Below, piece by piece: positions 27,901-39,904 of a stretch of 64,000 nt of DNA. Source of the stretch: Bugula neritina (Eukaryota > Animalia > Bryozoa); contig OZ037768.1 of assembly GCA_964035545.1 (NCBI GenBank), forward strand, positions 4,620,741-4,684,740, given 5' to 3'. The translations under genes were made by a program, and so were the position numbers. Under the pieces are notes generated by a model that did not search any database, was not told the DNA's origin, and saw only the letters and a list, made by a program, of their open reading frames with translations. Within the stretch, counting starts at the first letter, position 1. Every line of letters begins with the position of its first letter.

Positions 27901-30900
27901 TACATGTATGACACATATGTCATAAATGACTTTTACAAGAATGACTCATGTGGCATATATGTCAACTCTGCATGACATGTGTCATACATGCATGTCACGT
28001 ATGTATGACACTTGTATGACATGTGTCATGCAAAATTTAGCCAACTTAAAGAATCAGATAACTCCAACTCAGACAAATACACACACACACACACACACAC
28101 TTACTTGTCTCTTGGCACCGAGAACCAATATTCTGGTCGTATTTTTCTGTGATATGTTTCTGGAGAACTGGAAGAGACAGTCCCCTTGCTAATAGACTGA
28201 CCAACCCGTAAACATAAGAATAGACAGGATTCTTTAGTATATGAGTGAGCTTTTCCTGTCACTGACCCCTCAGATACTAAGTCTATAAACGAAAAGAGCA
28301 TGGAATGGATACAAAATTGATCGGTAAACGAATCAGGATATCAGTTGGCAACTTATTCTGCTGTCAAAATAGCCAAAGCCAAAAACATCCCACATGTACA
28401 TCTATTAATATAATATTCTAATTATGGTAACGCAGTTGGCATAATATGCAGTTTGTTGATACAATTATATTAAAATATAGCAGAAAGATTCGAAGATTAA
28501 CATCAGAAGTTGCAGAACATAGAGATAGAGAGGCAGACAACAGAAAGCCTGAAAACTTGGGCAAATAATTCTGATAGCTAGTCCTAGCAGACACTACGCA
28601 TTCTTACCTGCTGGTTATTCGAGAAGACAATCAAATTTCAACACAGTTCTACTGCTTTAATTATTTTTAAAAAAGCATAGATGTTATTGAATGAGCACAC
28701 ACCCCACCCCCTCTGGTATATTACAAACAGTAAAAATGGTGGCGAACGACAAATAGTATAAAAGGTAAAGTAGGTGTTAGCAGCAGTTGAGTTTAGGGGC
28801 ATGCACAGCAGCATCTGGTGGCACCAGAAATCTTTGCACTAACCATTCAGTGGTTCAAACAACTTAGGCCTATCTTCCAGCGTCACAGCTCCATGCAGCT
28901 GCACAAGAGGAGCCACAAACCTATCATCACCTTTTTTATGTCGCTTTTTCTTTTGGCGCTGAGCTTTACGAGTTTGACTGCTATGGGTGGTGGGCCGCTC
29001 AATACTGACATAGAATGAAGAATTTCCGACTGTCTTGGAACACGACAAGTCACGATCAACAAATAAGAACTCACATGATGACGGGTCATCCACAACACTG
29101 TGCTCACCTGACGTCACAGCACTATCTGATTGGTCGCAGCCCTCAACGCCATCTGATTGGTGGACCGACAGCGTCATATCTTCTGATTGGCTACTGGGAG
29201 CAGCGTCGTGTATCATGGAGCTACTATGGTGAGATGTAGTACTTGTAGCTGCCTCAAAGTGACTATCAGACAGTGTGAGAGGCTCATTATCATGCCCACT
29301 GGTTTCATCCACAGATGCCGAGCTGACAGTACTCTCTGAATGCTGGTGCACAACGTGTTTAGATTCATCAACATCATTTAGATTAGAAGTCAAAGGGCCA
29401 CTTGCATCTGATTGGTCCAATTCGCTAGTCTGAGTATTAGATGGACTGATATTAGAGTCAAGAGGTAAAAAAAGGCTGCTGTCAGCCGGTGCCCCATCAT
29501 GGGGAGATGATTCCAACAAACTGGTTGGGTTAAGTATAAATGAGCTGTTGATAGACAGTGAGGCTGATGACTGGAGAGGTTGAGGAGCAGATTTCTCACA
29601 GTTGGTATCTGTGACAGAGTCTGCTGAGGGAGAGTCTGTTGAAGGAGTGGTTACAGGAGACAAACCGGCTTCTGGACTCTTGGAGTGGTAGACGGGAGGC
29701 TTCTCCACTGTTGGGTCACTCCTGTATGTACAGTGTATGTATGTACATGTACAATGTATGCACGTACAGTGTATGTATGTACATGTACAATGTATGTACG
29801 TACAGTGTATGTATGTACATGTACAATGTAGGTATGTGTGTACAGCGTAGAGGTAAAATATTGGTCATAACATATGCTAGTCAACAATACTAAGGAATTA
29901 TTCCACTGGGCACTTAGCAGCAACTGTTATGCAGTTAAAAATTATACAGAAATCATTCACACAAAACAAGTCAACTACAAAATCATAATCAATAACAGCT
30001 AGGAGCTGCAGACTTGCAATGAAGGAGGTGAAATTCTCAACAGTTATTCAAGGAACTACAGTAAAACAGTAGAGCTTTTAGATACCAGTCACTACAAACT
30101 CTATCCAAACACATTAAATTCAATCTAGTTGAATTTAGCCTGTGAATTTTCACGTGACTTACTTTCTTTTATTAAGGCACTCCATGGCACCGATGTCGTG
30201 ATAGATGGCTGCAGACATGATAGTGTCCATGCTGGCTATCATTCCAAACTCTTCCGCACCTTTCGAGATGACTACAGGGGCGGAGACATTCGGGTCAAAC
30301 ATGACAGCGTTTGGAGTGACGAGCAGCACGCCTTCCACTGGGCCCTGGCAGCACAACATATCAACAGTCAGGCATACAGCAAGACAGTAATCAACAAGCA
30401 GCCGCATGTGAGGCATGTGCAGTAATAGAGAAATTGAAAAAAAGCTTTCGTTCTAGATTAGAACCCAAAACCAAAATGTAATAATAAAATTAAAGAGCTT
30501 AGGCTATCTCAAATTCTTCACTACTGCTTCTAAATGCCTCGTACATCTGAAAAAATTTAATCAAGTTAAAAAGATGAATTTATGAACCACTGGTGTTGCC
30601 ATTTGAGTTGCTGGTAAAAGACATAACGTTCTCTGAGCAACCAAACAGACTTTGTAGCTGGTGAGTCAGAGTGAGTCAGTGGTAGGCAGTGGTGGGCAGC
30701 AGGCAGTACCAGTATAGCTGAAAGTCTATCACCTCCCAGGCTGGAAAAATACAGCTTTCCAGTCCATGATTGAAAGACGTGTCCAAAATCCAAGTAATTA
30801 AACTCACAAGGACATGTTAAACAAGCTGAGCTCACATATATTGTTATAGCATAAACTGACGTCTTAGATGAGAAATGCTGAGTACATATGTACTACAAAT

Positions 30901-33900
30901 ATGTAATATCTTATAATGGTGACAAATTGTATATAAACAAGATATTTAAATACTGGTGAGTGAACTGTGAGTTATCAAAGTCATAGAGAAATAGTCTTTG
31001 CAGGTAAATAAACAGTACTTTATACAAAAACTTCTACTCCAAAGACGTGGTAATACTCCACTGAGACTGACAATGATTTACATCTGATAAGTTCCATTAA
31101 TTGGTTCTAATCTAATAAGATCAAATAACTAATATTTCATTATCTAATCAATAGATGAAGATTATTTCTTGTTGTCCATCTGAATGAAACATAAAACACT
31201 AACTACACAGTCAACCAACAGCCCCTTACTCTGTCATTGAACTGAGATAAAACCTGGTGCAGGTTACCAGCTAGTTTCTATAGACTATTACTTACATCAT
31301 GTTCCGTTATATAGAAGGATTCTATTTTAATAAACCGCTCAAAGCACTCCTGATCAAGATATGCAGCTTCGTCACTAGTCAATGGACGGGGTGGACCCTC
31401 CAGTTCATCCTCTATGGAGTGACAGGAAGTTTCTGTTCTCAAGATATAGCCCGGGAGAATTTTCTCTTGTTTCTGGGCAACATGAGTCCCACCCGTGTTC
31501 TAAAATAATAGAAGGCATTGAGATATTTATTATAACCTATTCGTATATTACACGCGATGACTGGGAAACCTAAGTTAGATGGTCTATTAGTCTATAAAGA
31601 ATACAGTAGTAGGCGCCGCCCGTTGTATTATATGTTTGTATCATATGCTAAAACTATATTCGGTTATATGCTTATGTTATGTCTGAACTATAATATGTTT
31701 CTATTATATTATATACTTGTGCTAATGCTTATATGATATGATTATATTATATGTATATTCAATGTACATATTTATATGCTACATTAAATGATGAAAGCCA
31801 TGTTACATTGTCTATGTAATTATACTTCATTTGTACTATATTTATATAAATGAACACAATTTATAGCTTCTATAGTCTATAGATAGTGTAGAATCGATGT
31901 GTACTGTATCTATTAGAATATGGTCATAGGCCAATCTTATATCAACCAAAATAACAATCTAATAAGCTGGAGTTGAGAAAGTTGCTGATAAAATAGCTTA
32001 GGGCTAAAAATAGTTCAGCATCAACAACAAATCATCTTATCTACGCAACAAAATAATATAATATTTAAAATGTAGCCTTACTAACTGTCAATATAATATA
32101 ATAGTAATCTGTTTTTGTTATTATGCTAGCAAAACATCATGTGAGTGAATTATTACATAGGATAGTGAACAGAATATGACCAACTATTGCAATAGGACAC
32201 ATTTCCTCTGATAATTCAATTGGGTTCTCTGGATTATAAAATTTATTTGCCGTCTGCAGCTATAGTGTGATGAAATGACAATTCACTAGAGAATAGAGAA
32301 AGAGGGTAATTTTATAGACTCTTAATAACCCAACTTATATTAGCACCAATAAATGTCCAGGGCTCAGCTGTATGTACAGCCAAAGAAAAATCACCTTGTA
32401 AAGTAACTTCATTACATGCAACATGATCAAAACGTGCAGGGAAAATCAATATGGATTGTTTGAAGAGCTGGTCTCATGATACAGGATCTTAGGAAGAATA
32501 AAACCAGCTGCTTTAATCTTTACATATGAACTCCTTTATACAAAGTAACTGTGTGTTTACCAAGGCCCAGGATTACAGATTTTTATACAAATGGATAAAA
32601 AATGTTTGCTGGAGTCGAAAGTGTTTTCGCATATAAAAGTATTAAAAACATTTATATAAACATTTAATCAATACAACTTTTATCAGATTTAATAGACCAT
32701 TATCACGGTTGTTGGCAGCAAATGGTTGTATTTTACAGTATTTACATCTGGTATCAGGACACAAAAACACTGCATCACTTACTACACTGAAAAAATTCAT
32801 AAATATTGCACCGGAACATTGTAACAATTATTTCTCCTAACATGGTTTAAAGTTGAAATGATTTAGTGCCAGCATAACATTAAAGGGAAAAATTGTTTTA
32901 AAAACCAGTTATGAGGGGATCCACCTACAAGCATATTGTGTATGGAGTGAGTCACTTGTAAGTTGTAATCACATGTCTTTATACTTTCAACATTTACAGC
33001 TTAGACAAATCTGTGATCATCAGCTAGCGCCAGCTCATGTGACATGGTATCAACATGGTGGGTGATATGATATCAACATGGTGGGTGATATGATATCAAC
33101 ATGGTGGGTGACATGGTATCAACATGGTGGGTGGTATGATATGATACCAACATGGTGGATGATATTATATTAACATGGAGAGTGATATATGATATCAACA
33201 TGGAGGGTAATATATCAGCATGGTGGGTGATATAACAGCATGGTGGGTGATATAACAGCATGGTGGGTGATATGATATCAACATGGTGAGTGATATGATA
33301 TCAACATGGTGGGTGATATGATATCAACATGGTGGGTGATATGATTTGGTTTGAAAAATCAGTTCTGAAATACCAAATTCTTTCTCACATGTTCAGTGCA
33401 TCTCCATATCAACTATTGCTACTGGTTCAAATGTATTTTTGGCACCAAATAGAAATTGCATAAATGGTGCTTTTAATATAATATATTATCTTTCAAGACT
33501 AATGGCTTGATTGCATTCTATGACCAACCTTTTGATGTATTGTGGGAATGAAAATGCAAATTGAAACAGTTAAATAATTATATAGTCAACAAAAATGATT
33601 ACAAGCTTTCAGTGAACTTATCAATCTCCACCATAATTGTATACTTTACATACAGTCAATCTATGCTTTCAGTTCAGCCCATGGCTATCATTTCTTTAGC
33701 TAAAATATGCAAGCCATTAATTTACTATCAGCAGTTGTTGAAGTCAGTTTTCACCCTTTCGGAAATCATAAGTCTTCTCAGTCTGAAAATGTTACACACG
33801 CCAAAACAGTCAGCTATAACGACAGCACATTTCACATCTCTAAATTCCAATAATCAATAGACTTGCCTGTTTACCATCACCACCAGTGTTGAGGGTGGCG

Positions 33901-36900
33901 CTATCGTCAGCAGACTTAGCGGGCTTAGCGTTTAAGGCAGCATAGTCAGAATTTGGTATCCACAGTACCTGATCACATAGCAACAACATTGAAGAAATAA
34001 AATGAACTCAAGAAACGTACACACAATATTCAGCTAAGACTGTAATCAAAGGGGGAACAACTACACAACTATGACTTCTTTTAGCTAGCCAGCTGAATTA
34101 TTGAATGAAAAGACAAGAATGAGCTTGACTACAGGTTGTCTCTATTCTCACAGTAATTGATTTTTTAACTAAGACAAAATGAAACTTAGTTTCTACTGAA
34201 GAGTGACTTCATATAAACAACTGCTGAATCGAATGTGTCACACATGCTGGCACTAAAGCAGCATATGCAAGACTGGCAGCATTAGCGGCATGCTATTTCT
34301 CACTCTAATTTGAAATTAAACTTACTTTGTAAGTAGGTTTAATTTCGAACTAAGTAAATTAGTGTTAATATCGACAAGGCAACTGTAAAAATGTATAAAT
34401 CAAATTTCACTGAGCACAGATTTTCTTGGAATACTCCGAAAAATACCAAAGAATTATAAATATTTTCATCTGTCTACCGCACAGGCATTCTATATATTTA
34501 CTAATACAAACACGCATGCTAGTAGATGTTAGCTTTTGAAGATTGAAAACTGAATTTGGGGGAAAATTGTGTTCATATGTCAAGTGAGGTTAACTAGAAT
34601 TACAGACTCCTCTATATTGTCTTTACTATCTAATACATACTTGAACGTTGAACATAGTAAAATAGCCATACAATGACATCTACTAGCAAAGCCAACAGAT
34701 GTATAGCATGCCAGTACATAGGGAACCATTACAATAATCTCTAATTTATTCTTTATATACAAAAGCTTCAAATTTAGAATAGTAACTTTTTAGAAGCATG
34801 AAAAGCTAAATTTTGAGAGTAAAATAGCTTCACTACCTGACCAGGGTAGAGGAAATCCATCGTCAGTCTATTCAGCTTCTTCAACACTGAAGGTGTCGTG
34901 TCAAACTGAGCAGCCAAACCCCTGAGGTTTTCTCCCTCCTTCACCTGCACCACCGAATACAGTATAGAGTGTGTATACTGTGTATAGACTATATACAGTA
35001 TAGAGTGTATACTGTGTATAGACTATATACAGTATAGAGTGTATACTGTGTATAGATTATATACAGTATAGAGTGTGTATACTGTGTATAGACTATATAC
35101 AGTATAGAGTGTGTATACTGTGTATAGACTATATACAGTATAGAGTGTGTATACTGTGTATAGACTATACACAGTATAGAGTGTATACAACTTATACATT
35201 ATAGAGTATAGATAATATAAAATATAGATACCATAGAATACAGACAGTATAGACATTTTAGAATATATATCATATAGACAGTTTAGAATATAGATCATAT
35301 AGACAGTATAGAATATAGATCCTATAGACAGTATAGAATATAGACAGCAAGATACTGAAAATAATTTAGAGGGAAGGTGGGGTGACCCAGCAGCTAAAAG
35401 TACACCAACTGTTGGACAGTTCTCATTCCACCCTGCAATTCATACCCCCAATAGTTCAAACCCCACTACAGGCCGTAAAATCTAACCAAATACTACATTT
35501 TGTATAAATACTTTACAGGCTACACAATAATACTGTGCTACTATAACTAGCATAGCAAAACAGTCCGAAGGATAAGCCAGACACCTAGAAAACAACTAGT
35601 TATACTATTAGGAAGAGCACCTACTAGCCACTGTCCCAAAGCTGCACACTCTATTACGAGCATTACTACATTGAGTCTGCAAGCATCTAGGTCCTGGGGC
35701 TACCATAATTAACTGGCATTAATTTATTCATTACAACACCTAACCCAGCGGAAGCCCGTTGTCTCAGCAAAAAAGATAAGAAAGGAACTGCATTATAGCA
35801 GGCAATAAATTGCAAAACCATTTCATGAGTTGTGGTAATGTAAAATTTGCATAGTTATATCATTCTATTAGTGTCAACATGAAACTAAAAAGGAATTAAA
35901 CTTTCAACTTAGTAATAAATTGTAATAATTTCACAGCTTTCATTAATGATGAAATTAATAAAAAGCAATTTCAGTATTTTTGTCAACTTGAAAAAATGTA
36001 CGAAACCTTTAGCTAACTAATTATTCACATTCATATTATACTCACAGTATATTCATATTATACTCACAGTATATTCATATTATACTCACAGTATATTCAT
36101 ATTATACTCACAGCATATTCATATTATACTCACAGCATATTCATATTATACTCACAGTATATTCATATTATACTCACAGTATATTCATATTATACTCACA
36201 GTATATTCATATTATACTCACAGTATATTCATATTATACTCACAGTATATTCATATGTACCAGGAGGGGCTGACGACCTTTTCTTCATGTAGGACGAAGG
36301 GGCGGCAGCATTCTCAGACTCAGGAGGGCTTTTTCTAGGAATTCCATCTTCTATTGGAAGTAAAAAAGATAAAGTGAAATAATACATATACACTATATAT
36401 AATATATATTATTTATATGTTATCATCTAAACAAAATATAGCAAAATATTTTCATAACCTAAAGCATTGGTTGCAGGCAGATGGAAGTAGCTAAGATAGT
36501 GGATTTGAACTCCACAAACCATCAACAGGTAAATTAGAATCCATAGAGCATAAAAAATATTTTTGGGCTAAACTTTAATAATAAAGGTTAAGACTAGAAA
36601 CATTTTTGAACAAAGTTAAAAAAATATGCTTTATTAAAAGATATGAGCACCACCAGTTACATGTAGAGTGCAGGCTAGTATGATACAGGCCATGGGTTTT
36701 AATTCCTGGTGGGCTATTGGTGATGTCAGGTGAAGAATCCCACCATAATTGTTACTGTGCCACACAAAAGCCCTGCAAATCATGTTGCTAACACATCCTT
36801 AACCTGCTTCTAAATCCTCGCCATGAGGGGTTCTCACAGGGTGGATACTTTAAACAAAATGTGAGCCTTTTCTTTGTTAAAAAAAATCCATCTGGTTTTA

Positions 36901-39900
36901 TGCCTTACAATGATGCCTGGCACTAAACCAAAATTTTTGTTGAAAATGATTATTTGGCAACAAAATATTTCCTGCATCATCAATACTAACAGCTTTGGTA
37001 TAAAAATAACAAAACCAAAAAATGAGGGGGGAGTATCCATGATTCAATCTCACATGATGTCAGGAAAACATGAACAGGAGAACATTAATGGACGTTACAT
37101 GTACTAGATATGGAATACAGGTGTACTACTGCAACATTTCTTCAGTTACCATTATCTTGGGAAATACCCACCAGCTATAAACTATAAACAATTATAGTAA
37201 CCGGAAAGGACAATAGTTTGAAATGCCAAGTATTCCCCAAGCAACTGGCAAGCAGACATGATGGAACATGTGACATTAAGCTATTTGTTGGCCACTCTTT
37301 TGCAATAATGCTACTTTTTACAATCACTAACTACTAGTTTAAAATATAAAATTCCTATATTACAAATATATGTTAAAATCCTAACAGCTTTGTTGGTCAC
37401 AACAAAATACTGTGGGGCTGCGTCATGTATCAAACTGTCCATTTATTGCCTGGTGAATGAGATATTTTATCTCTAAACTTTTAACAACTCATGAAAACTA
37501 AGTACAATAATATTATCTAGAAACATATTCCGGAGTATCAGTACTACAGTGATGTAGAAGTAAACTCACTATCTGCAGCTGCAGCATTACCACCATTGTC
37601 TGCTGGTCTGCTGATGGCAGATATCTGTGGGTTTGCTGAGCCGTAGGTTGGAAAGGATTTGCTGAACTGGTTGCTCAGCATGGCTCTGAGAGATGCTGGC
37701 TTTGTGCCAGACTTTGTATCAGTGGAGGTGCTGTTATCAGCAATCACCACACTGGTGTTGGCCGGAGTGCTGTGCCTGGGTACGTAATATATAGTACATT
37801 GGATTGCCTACACAATAACATATACATGATTGGTTGAATGCATTACATACTAAAAGTATAAAATATTCTAGCATATCATCAACATTTCATCTTGAACTAT
37901 TCCCACTGAGCAAACTACCACTATATAACAGGTAGGTGTTGAAGACAGCATGCCACATGTGACCTAACAAGTACATTCCTACACATGCAATTAGTTACAG
38001 AAACTGTACAGGGCACTATTATAGTGTCTGGGTTAGTTAAGGCTTCATCTGCAGTTATCTTTGATTAATCCAGAATTTGTTCACAACTAAGCCCTGCAAT
38101 GAGAGCCTTGGTGTTAAGGTTGTACAGCTGATGAGAGATTGTAGAGGTAAACACACTAATGGAAAGATTAGGAAAAGTCCATGTTATAAATAAGAGATAT
38201 AGCAGAAGAAGTTATTGGAGTTATTGAAGAAGCTATTCTTTTCTTCATAATTTCAACAAGCATCTCAATCCAAAACTAATAGACAATTTAAGAACTTAGG
38301 CTATTAAAATTTATCAAATACTGAATCTAGAGATTTGGGATGACATTACAAGACACCAATGAGATGTGATATTACAAGACACCAATGAGATGTGATATTA
38401 CAAGACACCAATAGGATATGACATTGCAATACAGAGCAACCTTGAAGATGGAGGTCTGATATAAACAACACCAAATCATATTATTCACTTTTCCATTGAT
38501 TGAGGCTACTGCTTATTGAAAGACACATTAGCAGCGGCTTCGCTGTATATCATATAGACAGTGATAATATATTGGGTTTTAACTAATACTCATAGATATG
38601 TAGATATTATGTAGATAGAGTTCTATACATCACTATCAACTTGTTTACTGGTGCAACTTGCTAAGATGCCAAGACTCTGATGTGTGGTTCTAAGTCTTAA
38701 GTAGCCTGAGACAGCCAAATGAGTCTATAAGCAGCTCGGAGTTGGGGGTGATTGAGTGCAATAGTTTGCGGTTCTTGAGTTTGGAGTTCCGGGTTCCAAT
38801 TTAAACCCACAACTCCAAACTAGAGAATCGAGAACTATTGCACTCAGTCACCCCCAACTTGGAGCTGCTCATAGAACCATCAAGACACCCAGGGGAAGGG
38901 TTATTAAACTAGGAGCTTGAAACCCAAAGACTTCTAAGCTGCCATCTTATGCATGAGTAGAAAAGTAATTCACCACTTAAGAGGTGCTAACTTTATGATT
39001 TCGTCTTTAAAATGAATTCAAACTGTTGACTAGGATTTTTTCTACTGATCAAGATTTTGAATGACTAGAAACTAGTAATTGGTGTAACAGAGAAAGAGAT
39101 CAACATTCAAGTAATACAGTTATAAGTGACTAACAAAAGACATAAGAGTAGAAGGTAAAAGAGACAGGAGAAGGTAAAGAAGGCAACATTCAACAAAACA
39201 TAAGATAGTAGGGTTAGTGAAGTGATAGATGTTTTATTATCCTGCAGCAGGCTTAATAAGGGGGCGTGGCACACCCAAACACTAGTAGCATTAACTAGCA
39301 AGTAGAGGCTCTCAATAGCTGCTATATAGTTGAGCAGATAATTAATTGGACATAATATCCCAGAACAATGCACAGCTACTCGTTTGTATCCTGACAAATG
39401 AATAACGGAATGAAATGCCTGTCTTCTAGCCAACCACCACCCAGTCCTTCCTGTTCGTGCTTAAGTAATCAGTTTTGTGACAAAAACCATCACCATGGTG
39501 AAAGTTACATAGAAACTAATAGTAAGATAGAAGTAGCTCCACGTATTAAAGTACAAACAGATACAGGGCTTACCAAATTAGAGCAGAAATTAACTACAAA
39601 CATATTAGAAATGTTTATAAAAAAATATTTGGTCTTTTTTGGTGAATAAAAACAGTGTTAGTAGCTGCATAAGCATACAAAAGATATGAGCCTTCCAGCA
39701 AGAGAGGTAGAACTGTTAAGTTGAAGAACCAACCGGCCAAATAGAAATGAAACAGCAACTCACATCTATGCACCTTGTTATTGACAGGCTTAAAAAAATT
39801 ACTCAAATACTGCTATTCTTTAGGTACCAGTTAACAGAACACTTCATGTAAACACCAACCCACCTGAAGAACTTCTTCCGAGCCCTTTCAGCAAAAGTAG

Positions 39901-39904
39901 ACAT
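24958..39904 (-). CDS. OXR1: OXR1/NCOA7 (mustard)-family protein: LysM + GRAM-like + TLDc domains
   Basis: LysM GTYEYT|VKEGENLRGLAAQFDTTPSVLKKLNRL...LYPGQ|VLWIP; GPVEGVLLVTPNAVMFDP; EYWFSVPRDKVDKLYAFF; TLDc LPARVEGYPW...HGFSLSQLYR...FYGTGESFLF...GLWIDGD...LEVWCF. Exons 39904-39864, 37775-37570, 36350-36244, 34944-34837, 33968-33867, 31499-31296, 30344-30163, 29721-28844, 28282-28105, 27844-27646, 27508-27392, 27143-26991, 26080-25911, 25105-24958. The invertebrate gene is co-orthologous to vertebrate OXR1 and NCOA7. Confidence 0.93.
26250..26983. repeat. 19-bp minisatellite (GTACTGTGAGTAGTACTAT)n, roughly 35-40 copies, abutting an OXR1 donor
   Basis: Highly homogeneous array with occasional 22-bp variants; it ends about 7 nt from the donor at 26990. 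Confidence 0.95.
27280..27385. repeat. 21-bp minisatellite (ACAGTATACAGAACATACACT)n next to an OXR1 donor
   Basis: About 5 copies; translated as repeated YTVVYVL in ORF 27194..27451. Confidence 0.85.
27883..28032. repeat. Nested palindromic (CATATGTGTCAT-type) repeat
   Basis: ttatgacatatgtgtc-N10-gacacatatgtcataa is a perfect 16-bp stem; a second self-complementary block tgcatgacatgtgtcata...tatgacatgtgtcatgca follows. Confidence 0.75.
28077..28100. repeat. (CA)n microsatellite; (UG)n in the OXR1 pre-mRNA directly after a donor
   Basis: The minus strand reads AA|gtaagtgtgtgtgtgtgt... Confidence 0.9.
29724..29835. repeat. 36-bp minisatellite x3 abutting the acceptor of the large OXR1 exon
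   Basis: gtacagtgtatgtatgtacatgtacaatgtatgYac repeats; the last unit runs into ...catacag|G on the minus strand. Confidence 0.85.
30414..30532. mobile_element. Short MITE family B, copy 2
   Basis: gtgcagtaatagagaaattga ... tcaaattcttcactactgcttcta; internal gttctagat and aaaattaaagagcttaggcta match the other copies. Confidence 0.65.
33042..33345. repeat. 23-bp minisatellite (ATCAACATGGTGGGTGATATGAT)n
   Basis: About 13 variably degenerate copies, mid-intron in OXR1. Confidence 0.9.
34957..35345. repeat. 34-36-bp minisatellite (TATAGACTATATACAGTATAGAGTGTGTATACTGTG)n plus a degenerate tail, next to the LysM-exon acceptor
   Basis: About 6 good copies begin ~12 nt from the acceptor at 34945, followed by a related degenerate repeat. 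Confidence 0.9.
36028..36256 (-). repeat. 22-bp minisatellite x10 that duplicates an exon end plus its 5' splice site
   Basis: Minus-strand unit ATATGAATATACT|GTGAGTATA; plus-strand ctcac at 36041, 36063, 36085, 36107, 36129, 36151, 36173, 36195, 36217, 36239. Confidence 0.95.
36665..36855 (+). mobile_element. Degenerate tRNA-derived SINE remnant (putative)
   Basis: B-box-like gggttttaattcctggtggg; the tail catgaggggttctcacagggtgg resembles catcaggggttttgagagggatgg downstream of the tRNA-like head at 59190. Confidence 0.4.
38340..38425. repeat. 26-bp tandem repeat x3 (GATATTACAAGACACCAATGAGATGT)
   Basis: Directly visible. Confidence 0.85.
38724..38875. mobile_element. Hairpin (palindromic) MITE family A, full copy
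   Basis: The left arm tctataagcagctcggagttgggggtgattgagtgcaatagttt...tttggagtt is the near-perfect reverse complement of the right arm aactccaaac...aactattgcactcagtcacccccaacttggagctgctcataga; the loop is short. Confidence 0.85.

Noticed and set aside
28818-29599. Overlapping or antisense ORFs within the large OXR1 exon (also 20583, 30129, 62430)
   Set aside because: Shadow ORFs of real exons with no independent gene structure.
32150-32255. Extra OXR1 exon (TANKFYNPENPIELSEE...)
   Set aside because: Open in phase 0 but lacks a convincing donor and is not needed to maintain the frame.
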